Positions 46,901-56,700 of a stretch of 64,000 bases of DNA are shown piece by piece. This stretch comes from a virus. The DNA is taken from the IMG/VR virus record IMGVR_UViG_3300042374_001687, positions 1 to 64,000 of that record; one strand, given 5' to 3'. Made by a program: the position numbers and the translations under genes. The notes beneath the pieces are model-generated. The model was not told where the DNA came from, ran no database searches, and saw only the letters and a list, made by a program, of their open reading frames with translations. Each line of letters opens with the position of its first letter. The first letter of the stretch is position 1.

Positions 46901-47181
46901 GCGCCCAAGCTGGGACGAATAAATTGCAGAGCGACGAGTTGGCAAGGATAGAAGAGGCATCCAAGGAGCAAGTTGACGAACTTGTCCAGATAAAGGAAGC
47001 CATCAATTCATTGGTAGATCTTATGAAGCCGAGGTCATCCATATTGCCGGGCGGAGGAGCAAATAGCCAAGGAAATACAAGGGATCCCAGAAGTCCCGTG
47101 CATGCGGCAATTTTTGGAAATAGCAGATATGGCCGAGTGGGAGATAGTGCAAATAGAAGTCTTGTAAATAACGGAAAGTAA
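40933..47181 (+). CDS. Tail tape-measure protein
   Basis: 2082 aa, Ala/Gly-rich and helical with Trp/Phe periodic repeats and hydrophobic segments; precedes the baseplate genes. Confidence 0.88.
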   Translation: MMAEINDSRGRVTEINSAEFEKLSASLLSATKIVIDNVSKMAKDQSLNSEIVKALGDLGENVSNNVEALRNLVAQIKEVGDELEKQKSASSEASKGDRQSLRETNSILQKILASHEKARQEVSERILLGAGAATAAIGADSRAERAAAAALRHGSGGGRNGGGPPINPSSPGDPGDAARYRKHGEDLAAYINQGFNDNFKVRMAKLAMGVSSMMLGGHGSLIQSIFAGSVADATEFGQEMKEIAFQTQGVTGEFRNMQNEFANLGGSVVSETGKTVDALQKAVTTNFKKGFKNQKDGLKVLKSGLFLSTMIGSETQQTAELFGDWHRTLGMSANQMSDLARSMRDVALSTGVTGDELLGAMKSSEGILKNMRNQGILTSSAARSTIQMVAEFKKTGFEENTKFVEAMSSYAGMMNADQRTQALLFSVAAQAGGDASERMIFGNFGKTRKDQSVFASSLKDMVAEAIGRGPGQGKNLDFKNLSEEERQILSVFSESLGTSIAGLESLASTYEKSSRGLDATLEELDKKASSKFGTEEEKKQALQQKNQAIMGAGQNALASLREKSAEDINLKDAMKQIYESRDFSNSKDDMSSAMINLASNSAEMAKKFGLSGTKEQMAAQVAGMGEQKFFENSMVASVEALMKGQKEQGLDVGDYSAMLKALKTGDTKTFNEMYDKFDKDQKILATKTEAALDPAKALANSMAEFNEKVRNFVSKFVSSSMALIGSMGLLALQIGLNSAALWATLGSPVRGIGSWLAGLGGMGGTAAGAAGVGGAGGKRFNPRDIFGSLDETGDRWKNNIVGSLEDVGERGSKFFNKVGNAFENASRSFKESRKGIDAYFFKLKPKGIFESLLNSGDAFLDTFSKSKTKPLTKLLDSFKNTRPYKTTASALDHVKKAFKESSKAFALARRGNAGLGFKVPPKNILKSSFQSVDKFFDVFTGGRVAKGFNFITNSFKNVWKGLKIDLVGGPNPFDLISRAWKSKGGFSGLTKVFSGGFGGFFRNIGGIFKGGMMATAKGARAAILGGTAGTAQLVFTAIDAVFGAVSGFQNTGKNFEGLMKAMGKETQDMTWGMYAASTTSGALVGILDGLTFGLLRFSGAAEWLEKFLSLTLYGAFTIFEGVLQGFYDVLKPVGRAFLYIGEQFKGIGESFLKVFNSIASIFGAEAADLSGAFALIIPWLKPIGRAIGWIVGAPIGAALWVVVKAISAVIGVVEILANVFAAAVKWVTSFVKAIGSIFTGDWSALGKNLTDMGGAMLDAVTGIFKPIVNWIWSIAADIISPFKWLGDILIWNSIIPDMCYGIAGFFAGMAKTVLLGLGKFVFNVARFFLKLPFKIMKGLFNTFVRSPIKLMGRFIKGAAKVWQNLSPYVDEFFSLFKKNLYDYVGIAIRAWKGLLDYISGGWFSKILGWLKGFGKWIDDYIWQPLKDLGGKVLKWADEYILTPLKNLGSRVAKLADDWLVKPFASAMQSISQKFSDYLFKPVTNFLQKIGLIGKETAKSAGKAATAAANPVASAADDAAKAAGKAAAQKGGWFRKIFGNADDVAKTNPFGKMGGSMGKAARATSKAAVVDDAAKVVLSSADDIAKAAPKALGFLGKASKFVGVAAKKLPVVGPLIDFGIRKMTGESTSKAAVGAAGGMAGGLAGAAAGAAIGSIIPVIGTGVGAFVGGIVGSLGGGWIADTIYDNVGGAFSTIGSGLKSTFVDFPMWVGGKVKDGFNSVGSWIGEKAYGVYESAGGAVDWALKKSEQLGNYMGKMLDPAAWGTWLGGLQEGLNGIWGWMKGWIPGLGAAAEGFSQTAAEQARSMETNGPSTAHAVGSVYGAGANLLQGNVWEAGSKAGMAIQETGMAAVENAKIVGAAIQKGFSSAWGGLKSMFGYGDSLDKQVEQGKAMEKTMEMGQNPGSIYVHDTHTEKALNDLMGKLMPAATSGSGLENLLKKTQVGLEDRAVALTTPVGHHAIPMVRPESESEVGAVQPVHLRDITESILREKTSAQAGTNKLQSDELARIEEASKEQVDELVQIKEAINSLVDLMKPRSSILPGGGANSQGNTRDPRSPVHAAIFGNSRYGRVGDSANRSLVNNGK

Positions 47182-47195
47182 AAAAGGTAAAAACA

Positions 47196-47783
47196 ATGCC
47201 AGCAGCAACAATAACGGGCGGTCCTCTCGTTCCCATAAAAGATTGTTACATAATAATACCATGCCAAGACTGTTTCTCGTTGCGTGACTTTTCGGGAAGG
47301 TACTACAAGAACAATGAATTCACACTTCAGATGAAAGTTCTTCCCGAAATAACAGACACCAAGTCCGCATCTTATAACGACGAGGTGGTTATCGGAAGGT
47401 CTTCTCCCCTCAAAACCTACTCCCAGTCGGACAACAGGGCAATAACGATGACAATACACATGATCGTTTCAGAGCCCGAGGATATAAACTACAATATGAT
47501 GGCTCTCAGGGCGATTCAGAGTGCGACCTATCCCCAAATGGGTCAAAACGGGGCTCCCTTCGTGCCTCCCCCTGTTTGTCGCATGAAATGCGGACAATTG
47601 CTCGCCGAATACGAAGAATTATGCGTAATTCTGAAAAATTACTCTGTTAAATTTCCTACGGAGGTTGCTTGGGAAGAAGCGACCTTCGTGCCTTTCAAGT
47701 TTGACATAGAAACCAGTTGGGATGTGGTATACAAAAGTGCCGAACTGCCGGGGCAAGAGAGAATTTTCAAACTGGGGAAGTGA
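47196..47783 (+). CDS. Tail tube initiator / baseplate tube-like protein
   Basis: IGRSSP..Y..S..R, YP...PPPVC; position after the tape measure. Confidence 0.65.
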   Translation: MPAATITGGPLVPIKDCYIIIPCQDCFSLRDFSGRYYKNNEFTLQMKVLPEITDTKSASYNDEVVIGRSSPLKTYSQSDNRAITMTIHMIVSEPEDINYNMMALRAIQSATYPQMGQNGAPFVPPPVCRMKCGQLLAEYEELCVILKNYSVKFPTEVAWEEATFVPFKFDIETSWDVVYKSAELPGQERIFKLGK

Positions 47784-47786
47784 ACG

Positions 47787-48113
47787 ATGGCCAACAAAAT
47801 AGAATTCACAAATTTAAGCGCTATGGAATTCGTAACCAGAGTGAGCAGATATGCAGACAGCAGAATTATCTATTATTCAGATGAAAAAATAATCACATTT
47901 GAAACATACAAAAAAAATAAGTTTGTTGAATCTAGTGGAGATAAGGTTGCTGTAATTCCCCCAGGAATGGAATTCAGACCAGATCTGGTTTCAAAGGAAA
48001 AATATGGATTACCAGACTTTTGGTGGAAGATAATGGAGGTGAACAGCATAAAGGACATATTTGAATTTAAGGCGGGAAGGACGATAGTCCTACCGGAAAA
48101 CATATATGGTTAG
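47787..48113 (+). CDS. Baseplate wedge gp53-like LysM protein
   Basis: RPDLVS...YG...FWWKI..N.I.D. Confidence 0.8.
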   Translation: MANKIEFTNLSAMEFVTRVSRYADSRIIYYSDEKIITFETYKKNKFVESSGDKVAVIPPGMEFRPDLVSKEKYGLPDFWWKIMEVNSIKDIFEFKAGRTIVLPENIYG

Positions 48114-49593
48114 TGAAAACTGCCTGGCGGGATGTGCGGCCAATTACGCATGTGGGGAGCTCCAATTGCCCGGTCCGGCAAGAGAACAAGCAGAGAGTTT
48201 TGCCCCGTGGGTTTGGGTGCAAATCGGCAACGGAGACCAGATAACGGTCGGCAACAAATCCTACCCCACAAATGAGAACAAGGCTTGCATAAAATCTTTT
48301 GAAATCGGATGGTCTGATACGCCTACTGTTGAGGTTGAAATTCTAGATGAATCCGGCGGCAGAATGGGCGCTATTTTAGATTCATTGGTGAAGTGTCCCT
48401 ATAGAGTTGGCCTTGATACTCAGATGAAATTCCAGTTCGGATGGACGATGATCACATGCGAAGGCCAAAAAAGGGTTGTCCCGTCTGTTCCTTTTAGAAC
48501 TATCATCAGAGACTTGGATGTAAATTACAGCGAAGGAAAAATAAAATATAAGATAACAGGGGCCACTGTCGTACCTCTACTTGAATCAATGAGAAGCAAT
48601 GAAACTTGGGGAACACAAGAAAACCCGATTGACATAGAAACTGCGATAAGGACTTTGTGTTCTAAAGAACCGCAAGTTAATGTCAGATTCATGAAAAAAC
48701 AACCTGACGGCAAATTCGTAGACACAGAATTTGATTGGAAGGGATACGGAAAAGGCGGGCCGAAAGTTTATTGGCAAGGAGACAATTCAAATAGGCTTGC
48801 GATCATAGTAAAATGGTTAGAGCCATATAGAATAAATGATGGGACTGCCGAAGGATCGGGCCTTGCGTTGGCGTGGTGGCCGACAGAACCCAACACATTG
48901 GTTATTTTTCCGGACGTATTGAAAGCAGAATTTAATGCTTGTAATAAAAGTGATGTGGATTCAAATCTTGGAACTTTTATAGTCAATGGAGGAAAGTGCA
49001 GTACGGTGATAGAATTTACTCCTAAATTTAATTGGACAAACGCACAATCAAATTTTTTGGCCGGCGGAGGAACATCCGGTCCCGGGAACACGGCAAATCA
49101 AAATTACATAGATGCCAAAGTAAGTGGAAAAGATGGAGATTGTGGCAATGAGGTTGGTTTGCAACAACAATTAACAATAACTCAACAAGCTTGGGAATCC
49201 TATGGACCCAAAAATGCATGGAAAGAATTGATGAAGTCTCAAAGGGCACATTTTCTTGCGGGAAGAATATCTTCAAATGGTCAAGGAATGAGGGCCGATT
49301 TAAAAATACTGGGGGATCCTAGGCCTATGTTTTGTCAAATGGCGAAAGGGAAACATGTTTCAATAGTTGCAATAAATCCATTTCATTTGGGAGGTGATGG
49401 TTGTGGAGTTTGGCTCGCAGAGCCCGGGTGTAATCCGATCATGAGCAACAGAAAATGGATGGTAGAAGGAATAAATCACTCCATTCAATCAGGATCTTAT
49501 ACAACTACTTTAAAGTTGCTCCTCGCCTTGCCGGGCGTGGATGTTCCTGTTGGAGAGCCACTTGGCGGAGCGGGGAGCGGAGGTCCGAGCTAA
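48106..49593 (+). CDS. Baseplate hub (gp27/GpD-like)
   Basis: FGW, LKILGDP, W.VEGINHSIQSGSYTTTL. Confidence 0.65.
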   Translation: MVSENCLAGCAANYACGELQLPGPAREQAESFAPWVWVQIGNGDQITVGNKSYPTNENKACIKSFEIGWSDTPTVEVEILDESGGRMGAILDSLVKCPYRVGLDTQMKFQFGWTMITCEGQKRVVPSVPFRTIIRDLDVNYSEGKIKYKITGATVVPLLESMRSNETWGTQENPIDIETAIRTLCSKEPQVNVRFMKKQPDGKFVDTEFDWKGYGKGGPKVYWQGDNSNRLAIIVKWLEPYRINDGTAEGSGLALAWWPTEPNTLVIFPDVLKAEFNACNKSDVDSNLGTFIVNGGKCSTVIEFTPKFNWTNAQSNFLAGGGTSGPGNTANQNYIDAKVSGKDGDCGNEVGLQQQLTITQQAWESYGPKNAWKELMKSQRAHFLAGRISSNGQGMRADLKILGDPRPMFCQMAKGKHVSIVAINPFHLGGDGCGVWLAEPGCNPIMSNRKWMVEGINHSIQSGSYTTTLKLLLALPGVDVPVGEPLGGAGSGGPS

Positions 49594-49603
49594 GGATTAA
49601 TAT

Positions 49604-51727
49604 ATGGCAGATAATAAAATAAGGTCAGATTATAGTTCCATTCCTGAAAACATACAGATGATAGAGCAGAGACTCGCTCAAGTAGAGGAGCGATTTTCTG
49701 ACATGGGTTATGGAGTAAGATCATTAGTTACGACTGTAGTTAAGGATAATGTGGACATACCGGCCCAACAAGAGGCGATATATGGTATGCACACGGCAAT
49801 TTGTATAAGCACAATAGACCCATGGAAAATGGGAAGGGTCAGATATTTCAGTCCTTTGCAGCACATGATGAACAGTCAAGTAGACTCACTCCCTTGGGCG
49901 TATCCGATTTCTAATCAAGGTGGTTTTGACGACTCGGGCTGTACCTGGGTTCCGCCAGCCGGATCAAAACTGTGCTTAATATTTGAGGCTGGGAACAGGC
50001 AGTGGCCATATTATCTCGGAACCACATGGGATAGGGACAGGTCACCCGGATGGAACTTTCCCGTTCCTGAATATGAAAAAATCCACAGAGGCCACCGGGG
50101 AGGGTATCTTTTGGGTCCTGACGAAACACAAGTGTTTCCCCCTTGGAATACAGAGAACTACAACGGGATAGACATAGATTCAATCAATGATTTTGAAAGC
50201 GATCCCGAGGCGAGAAACAAGATAACATACCCAAACATATATGGATGGAAGACACCTCAGAAGCACATGATAAAGATGGTGGATGGGAATTACAAGTGTA
50301 ATTTTCGTTGGCAGAGGTTAGAGATAAAGTCGGCACAAGGCAATCACCTCATATTCAAGGACGACAGGGTCCATCCTGCCGCCCAGTGGGCAAATCCTAA
50401 GTGTGGATGCGGATCCGGAGATTTCAGCAAGTGCAACGAGGGAGACGAGCCCATAGAGCAGCCTGACCAGTGTCCAGCAAATGTGCAAGGCGATAACACT
50501 CCCGTTTCTCCAAGTGTGATGATGATAGGCGGTGGTGGTGCAAGCGGATCAAGCGGGGGAGGAAGTTCTGAGGGACAGTGTGCAAATCCTTATTTTAAAC
50601 ACAGAAGTGAATGCCGACCATATACAGGTCCCGGCAATCCTCAAAATAACAAGGTAGACAAGACTACGCTTCCGCAATCCGGAATACAAATGACCTCATT
50701 GAGCGGACATACATTCTGGATGGATGACTCGGTGAACGAACCCAAGGGCAAGAACAACTGGGAGCGGGGCATTCAAATGTTTGATTATGGATGCGACAAG
50801 GTCTTCAAAGGCAAAACAACATGGAAGTCGGCTCACGGCCATCAGATAATGATCAGCGATGTAGAGCCGGACGGGTTGCCCAACACAAGAGGCGATGAAA
50901 ATTTCATCAGACTCCTCACTGCCACAGGCAACAGAATAGAGATGAATGACGACACCCAAGGGGAAAGCTGCAAGGCAGGCCCAAGGAGAGGGATAGAACT
51001 CCACAGCACCTCAAACCACATCATTCAAATGATTGACGAGAATAACGATCAGTGTGGTCCCAAAAGAAGAGAGGGAGGGATGCCCATCAACAAGGCCACA
51101 AATGCATTTGTAAGGATAAGGACAGGATACGGTTTGGAAATGATGATGGCGGACGACAATCACCAAAAAGATACACAGACCCAATATATCCAGATAACCG
51201 CGCCTCAGTACGACGCTTGTTGTGGGCCTCATTTTATAAGAATGCAAGAAAGTGATTATTGCGGATACATCTTCATTCGTGCCGGAGGCGATTACATCTG
51301 CATGACTGAGGGAGACCATGTCACAGTCGTAGGGGTTGGAGAAACAACGCCGAAAGACGATTTTTGCAAGGGAGGATGCCTTGGCCCAAGAAACTGGATA
51401 ACCCTTGCGTCCCAACACTCGGTGCACTGGTCTTGCAATTTTTACTTTAATAAGGCGGAAATCCATGCATTCTTGGCGGACAAGTTCATACTATTGATGG
51501 CGGGAAAAGATTGCCCTCCGCCTCCTGATTCGGAGAGTATGGAATGCGTGCCTTGCGTCGGACAAGTGGCGGTTCTCTTGACAGACCCCATAACTAAGAC
51601 ATCAAGGCTCGTCGCAAGCGACAGAGTTTTTGCCTCGGCCTCGCTAGAAGCACCTTGCATAAGCATGCTTAGCATGATGCAGAAATGCGACGGCGTAAAC
51701 TGCCCTCCCCCTTACATAGGTAACTGA
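49604..51727 (+). CDS. Baseplate central spike gp5/VgrG-like, Cys-rich
   Basis: DPWKMGRVR, LPWA, VPPAGS..FEAGN..P.YLG OB-fold; SGH/GH beta-helix repeats. Confidence 0.85.
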   Translation: MADNKIRSDYSSIPENIQMIEQRLAQVEERFSDMGYGVRSLVTTVVKDNVDIPAQQEAIYGMHTAICISTIDPWKMGRVRYFSPLQHMMNSQVDSLPWAYPISNQGGFDDSGCTWVPPAGSKLCLIFEAGNRQWPYYLGTTWDRDRSPGWNFPVPEYEKIHRGHRGGYLLGPDETQVFPPWNTENYNGIDIDSINDFESDPEARNKITYPNIYGWKTPQKHMIKMVDGNYKCNFRWQRLEIKSAQGNHLIFKDDRVHPAAQWANPKCGCGSGDFSKCNEGDEPIEQPDQCPANVQGDNTPVSPSVMMIGGGGASGSSGGGSSEGQCANPYFKHRSECRPYTGPGNPQNNKVDKTTLPQSGIQMTSLSGHTFWMDDSVNEPKGKNNWERGIQMFDYGCDKVFKGKTTWKSAHGHQIMISDVEPDGLPNTRGDENFIRLLTATGNRIEMNDDTQGESCKAGPRRGIELHSTSNHIIQMIDENNDQCGPKRREGGMPINKATNAFVRIRTGYGLEMMMADDNHQKDTQTQYIQITAPQYDACCGPHFIRMQESDYCGYIFIRAGGDYICMTEGDHVTVVGVGETTPKDDFCKGGCLGPRNWITLASQHSVHWSCNFYFNKAEIHAFLADKFILLMAGKDCPPPPDSESMECVPCVGQVAVLLTDPITKTSRLVASDRVFASASLEAPCISMLSMMQKCDGVNCPPPYIGN

Positions 51728-51728
51728 T

Positions 51729-52154
51729 ATGTCTTTTCTAGGACTTCCATACCCGATCACAAGACACCCCTTGGGACTTCTGAGAACCCAAGGAGGGGTA
51801 AATCAAGTAAAATCCGATCTGCTTGTTCTGCTCCTTACGGAACCTGGGGAGCGGGTCATGCTTCCCGAATTCGGAACTCCACTAAAACAGTTTTTCTTTG
51901 AACCCAACGATTCAATAGTAGTCGAAAATGTAAAACAAGCAATAGCCGATTCAATAAGAAAATGGGAACCTAGAATAGCGGTTACGCAGATAGATGTCAC
52001 AAACTCGTACGACAGTATTGGGCCTTCCTTGAGCGACTCGGACAAAAAGGAGGATATTGGGCACATACTTCTCATAAGAATTTTGTTTTCGGACTTTAAT
52101 AACATACAGAGTGTCCAAGAACTTAAATTAGAAATACCTCTCGGAGGCCAATAA
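51729..52154 (+). CDS. Baseplate wedge gp25 / GPW family
   Basis: LLT.PGERVM.PEFG, FEPN, WEPRI. Confidence 0.92.
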   Translation: MSFLGLPYPITRHPLGLLRTQGGVNQVKSDLLVLLLTEPGERVMLPEFGTPLKQFFFEPNDSIVVENVKQAIADSIRKWEPRIAVTQIDVTNSYDSIGPSLSDSDKKEDIGHILLIRILFSDFNNIQSVQELKLEIPLGGQ

Positions 52155-52155
52155 G

Positions 52156-53730
52156 ATGCCCGAAAACTGTCCTTTTGAAATAACCCCATATTCTCAGTCC
52201 AATCCGATAAAGAACGACAAGATAATCAGCCTTAACTACACAAATCAGGACTTTTGGTCGCTCAAGACAAGGCTTGTTCAATTCATAAGGGAAAGGTTCG
52301 GCGAGACGGGAACGGTCATTCCCAACGCCTTCAATGACTTCGTGGAAAGTTCCATAGCCATAATGCTTGTTGAAAACTGGGCATTCTTGGCTGACACACT
52401 GTCTTTCAAGATGGATCAAATGGTCAACGAACTATTCATTGACACGGTGACCGAACCTGACAATGCCTTCAGGTTATGCCAACTTGTGGGCTTCAAGCCT
52501 ACCCCGCCAATTCCTTCAAGTTCCATGTGGACAGCAACAATAAATAATCCTCTAGACATAGACTTGGAAATAATTACGCCAGTCTCGGTGGATGTTGGCA
52601 CGGAAGATGGGCTTATATCAATAGAACTATTTGCGGCAGATGCCAAAAACAACCCAATGTTTGATGAGCCTATAATAATACCCGCCGGAACATACACGAA
52701 TTCTTCCGTGATCGGACTTGAGGGCAGAACATTTATAGACAATTATACAGGAACTGGACAGACGCTTCAGTCCTACCAGACCACAAAAGACTCTGTCATA
52801 TATGACTCAATCAGCGTGAAGGTGGATGGAATACTGTGGGAGAGGGTCGAATATTTCAGTGATTCTCAGCCCCGACGAGAATACAGAGTGGAGTTGGACT
52901 CCTCCTACAGGGCCTACATAATGTTTGGCAATAACAGGGCAGGCCTTTCTCCTCCAAACGGTTCGCAGATAGAAATAAAAGCCAGAACGGGAGGAGGAGT
53001 TAGGGGCAACATAGTCACTGGGTATGTGGAGTATCAGAGCCAAGCGACTGTTTTTGGACTTAGTTCTAATGTTCCCGTCACTTTTTCTAATTATACCAAG
53101 GGAGACCACGGCTATGACGGGGACTCTATAGAGGACATACGCCGCAAGCTTCCGGCCTATCTCAGGACGCAAGACAGGGCGGTAACAGGGCTTGATTATA
53201 AAACTCTGGCGGATCAATTTGTCACTCCATACTATGGACAGATAGGTAAGTCAACGGCCGTACTCCGCAATCATGGCTGCGCTGGCAATGTAGTGGATAT
53301 TTATGTTCTTGCCAGAAACGGGAACTCCGGTCTCCAGGAGGCAAGCGATGGACTGAAGCAAGAACTCGCGAATCTCCTAGAAACAAAAAAAATGATAACT
53401 GACTACATCTGCATAAAAGATGGCCAAGTAATTGAGGTTGATGTGTCGGTAGAGGTGGTACTGTCAAAGATTAACAAGAAGTTTGAGCAGGAAATAAGAG
53501 TAAACATAGAAAACAGCATACAAGACTTCTTTGGTTTGCAGAATTGGGAATTCGGACAATATCTGAAGGACAGTGACCTTGTTAAAAATCTGTCGTCTGT
53601 TAAGCAGGCCGAGGGGTTTGAAATAACATTCACAACAAATTATCCAAATAACTCAGGTTCTTTGGTGACTGCGAAGTTCTTTGAGATAATAAGGCCGGGA
53701 TCAATAGAAGTGGCTTTCATGTATGAATGA
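52156..53730 (+). CDS. Baseplate wedge gp6 / baseplate J-like
   Basis: YTNQDF, FGN..G..P, GG..GN, RAVT..DY. Confidence 0.9.
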   Translation: MPENCPFEITPYSQSNPIKNDKIISLNYTNQDFWSLKTRLVQFIRERFGETGTVIPNAFNDFVESSIAIMLVENWAFLADTLSFKMDQMVNELFIDTVTEPDNAFRLCQLVGFKPTPPIPSSSMWTATINNPLDIDLEIITPVSVDVGTEDGLISIELFAADAKNNPMFDEPIIIPAGTYTNSSVIGLEGRTFIDNYTGTGQTLQSYQTTKDSVIYDSISVKVDGILWERVEYFSDSQPRREYRVELDSSYRAYIMFGNNRAGLSPPNGSQIEIKARTGGGVRGNIVTGYVEYQSQATVFGLSSNVPVTFSNYTKGDHGYDGDSIEDIRRKLPAYLRTQDRAVTGLDYKTLADQFVTPYYGQIGKSTAVLRNHGCAGNVVDIYVLARNGNSGLQEASDGLKQELANLLETKKMITDYICIKDGQVIEVDVSVEVVLSKINKKFEQEIRVNIENSIQDFFGLQNWEFGQYLKDSDLVKNLSSVKQAEGFEITFTTNYPNNSGSLVTAKFFEIIRPGSIEVAFMYE

Positions 53731-53736
53731 GGATGA

Positions 53737-56700
53737 ATGATTAAAACAGTGGGCAAAGAAAGCGTGAAAATTTCCGAAAAGGCAAAGTTCGTCCTCGAGA
53801 CTAGAGACGGCGAGGGATGTCTACGCACTCCGTATCAGATAAAGAATGTAACCATATATTTCGTGAACAGAGAGTTCACAGATTCTACTGCAAGAGAATA
53901 CCAGCACGAAACAGCGGATGCTGAACTTAAAAATCAATACGAAGCTTTAAAGCGACAAATATGCTTGAAGGCCAAAAAAAGCGTTCGTGTTGCCACAACG
54001 GAAGAAATAATCCTGGTGGGCGAGCAAGAAATAGACGGTGTGTACATTGTTGAGGGTGAACGGGTTCTGGTTAAGGATCAAGTTGAAAGAAGTGACAATG
54101 GGATATATGTTGCAAAAACAGGGCCATGGACGAGGGCAGAGGATGCTAACAGTTCAGACAAGTTGGTGAGAGGAGCATATTTATTTGTAGATGAAGGAAT
54201 AGAGAATATAGAAACGGGATGGGTTCTTGAATCTGCCGGGATTGAGCTTGGTTTGTCACCTCTGGACTTCTTCAGATTTTCCTCTCCTCAAGATCCTGCG
54301 GACGCCCCGACGGAAAATTCCATGGAGCGGCTTGAATTTTTGAAATCCAAGCTTGACAGTTCCAAGTCCACATCACAGTTTTTCTACAAAGAGGCCACCC
54401 CGGTAAAGGTTTTCGGTGGCTACAAAGATCCTAAGACCGGAGAGCTGTTCCCGGCTTGGCTCAATCCTTCTTTGGTTCCGACCGAATTGAGAGCAAAGAC
54501 GGAGGGTGACAATATCCTTGCTCCCTACGAAGAAGGCAACGAAATAATAGAGGGCAAGTTTGAACTTGAATGGGACACGAGCGGATGCAGAGAGGGCGAT
54601 TATTTCATTTGCTGGTCTTGGATGCCCAACCTTGTTGGAGACACTGTTTCCGCCCATATGTTTTTTTCATTGGACGGAAGCACGCTTGTAACTACAAGCA
54701 TACCGACGCATTTTACAAATCCAGAAAAATACGAGACGCTTTTGGATCGGTATACGCCGGAAATGTTCAAGACGGTAATATCAGACACGGACTTGACCCC
54801 TAGGGTGATGAAAGGTTTAAACGGTGCGGTGGCGGCGGGATTCACATTCCTAGAAAACATGGCGAATCAAATAATAGACCTTCTTGATTCCAACGCTACC
54901 CACGAACAGCTTCTCCCGCTTCTTTCAAATTTTTTCAATTTGAGTCTTAAGTCCAACGATCCTACCTTGTGGAGAAGGCAGATAAAAAAGGCAATACCGA
55001 ACTTCAAGAAGAAGGGAAGCATAGTCGGACTAAAAGAGGCGTTCTCGGACGCTGGGATGAAGTTCTTGAAAATTACCAAGCTGTGGCAGGTGGTTTCAAA
55101 ATATACCTTTCAAGAGCACTTTAAATATGAGGGCAATTCAGTCTTCAGGCTGTCTAAAAACGCCCTTCTTCCAGTGGACTTAGACTTTGAGATTTGGATA
55201 AGGAAAGCGGGCGAGGGATCGGAGTGGGAGTCACTACGCCCAGAACTTCCTGCGGAGAACTGGGTCGAATCCTATGTCAATATATCAGGCGATGAAATGG
55301 CTTGGGTTGGTGCCGAGTTGCAATTGGGCGACTCAATAAGGATAATGTACAAAATCAGGGAAATTCCCTCGGGCGAGCGAAGCGTCGATGAGTACATAAG
55401 GCAGCTGCCTTTAATGGACGACAGGGACGAAAGGAGTCAGAGTTATCCTCCGAAAAACTGGAACACGCGTTTGATAGAAGAGGATGATGATCTTTTTGAT
55501 CTTGTGGTTCCCGTAAGACATCCTCTGGCAGATCCTATTGTGTGGGGGAGAATAAGGACGGAGTTTCCATACAGCGAAAATGCTTACAACATGGATGAAT
55601 ATAACGGATCCAAGCGTGATAGTTTCAACCCGTGTGACATAGACAAGGAATTTACAGATCCTTGCGGCCAGTGCCAGAGCAGCAAGTACAACTTAGACCT
55701 TGAGGTGGAGAGGCTTTCAAACGACAGCTTGCAAGAGGCAAAAAGGGTAGTGGAGGAATTCATGCCGCTCCATGCCGTAGTCCATTCATTCAATTTTTCA
55801 GGATCTGTTAATGAATTCATCAAGACAAACGAGGAGAGAATAGAGGCTCTAGTCACATATTCGGCAGAGGACACCATTCTCGCGGGAGAGGGCCAGAACA
55901 TATTCAACAGAGACATGGATCGCAGAGAGATGCAGAACATCAAGAGGGAGGCGCTTGCCAGCATGTCCGTGGTCGTTCCCGACGGGACCGGGAGCATTTG
56001 CAATCAGAGGATCGTACTCCAGTCTTCTAGCATAAACACAGAAGACGAAATGAATAACGCAAGCTTCCAAAATAAGACGCAAGGATTTGAGTTCAAAAAC
56101 ATCAACACCGGTTTTGCAGAATCCGATCCTTTTGACAGTGGAAATCTGCTGGAGGTTCTGGGGAATGTGGTTGCGAACTACACGATCTCAAGGTTTAGCA
56201 GAAACTCGGCCGAAATTTATGGATCCGTAAATGAATTGGCGATTGGTCCATTATTTGAATACAGAATATCCAACAAGATTGCAGATTTGAATGTGGACAT
56301 AGCTCAATCGGACAAGGTTACTTTCAATGATGAAAACGCAGACTTTTGGATGCTTGGGATAACGACACAACACGATATTGATGAGGGGCTTTCAGCTTCT
56401 TCTGTTTGGAAATTCAGACATGATGACAAAGAGTATGCGATTCAAAATATCATGCCAGATGGATCGTTGCTGCTGGGGGATGAATCGCCATCGTCGCCGA
56501 TAGTAGGATGGCAGCTTTTAAAAGACGGGGATGTGGTAAAAAGTTTGAATTCGGGAACAAAAACTGTGTCTAAATACGGTTTTGTGGAAATCAATTGGCC
56601 AGAAATAGAAATGAGAAATGTTTTGGCCATAGGAGATTATGTTTACCTCGGATGGCCGGACGAGACCAGAAGATACAAAATAAAGTCATTCAAGGGCGGC

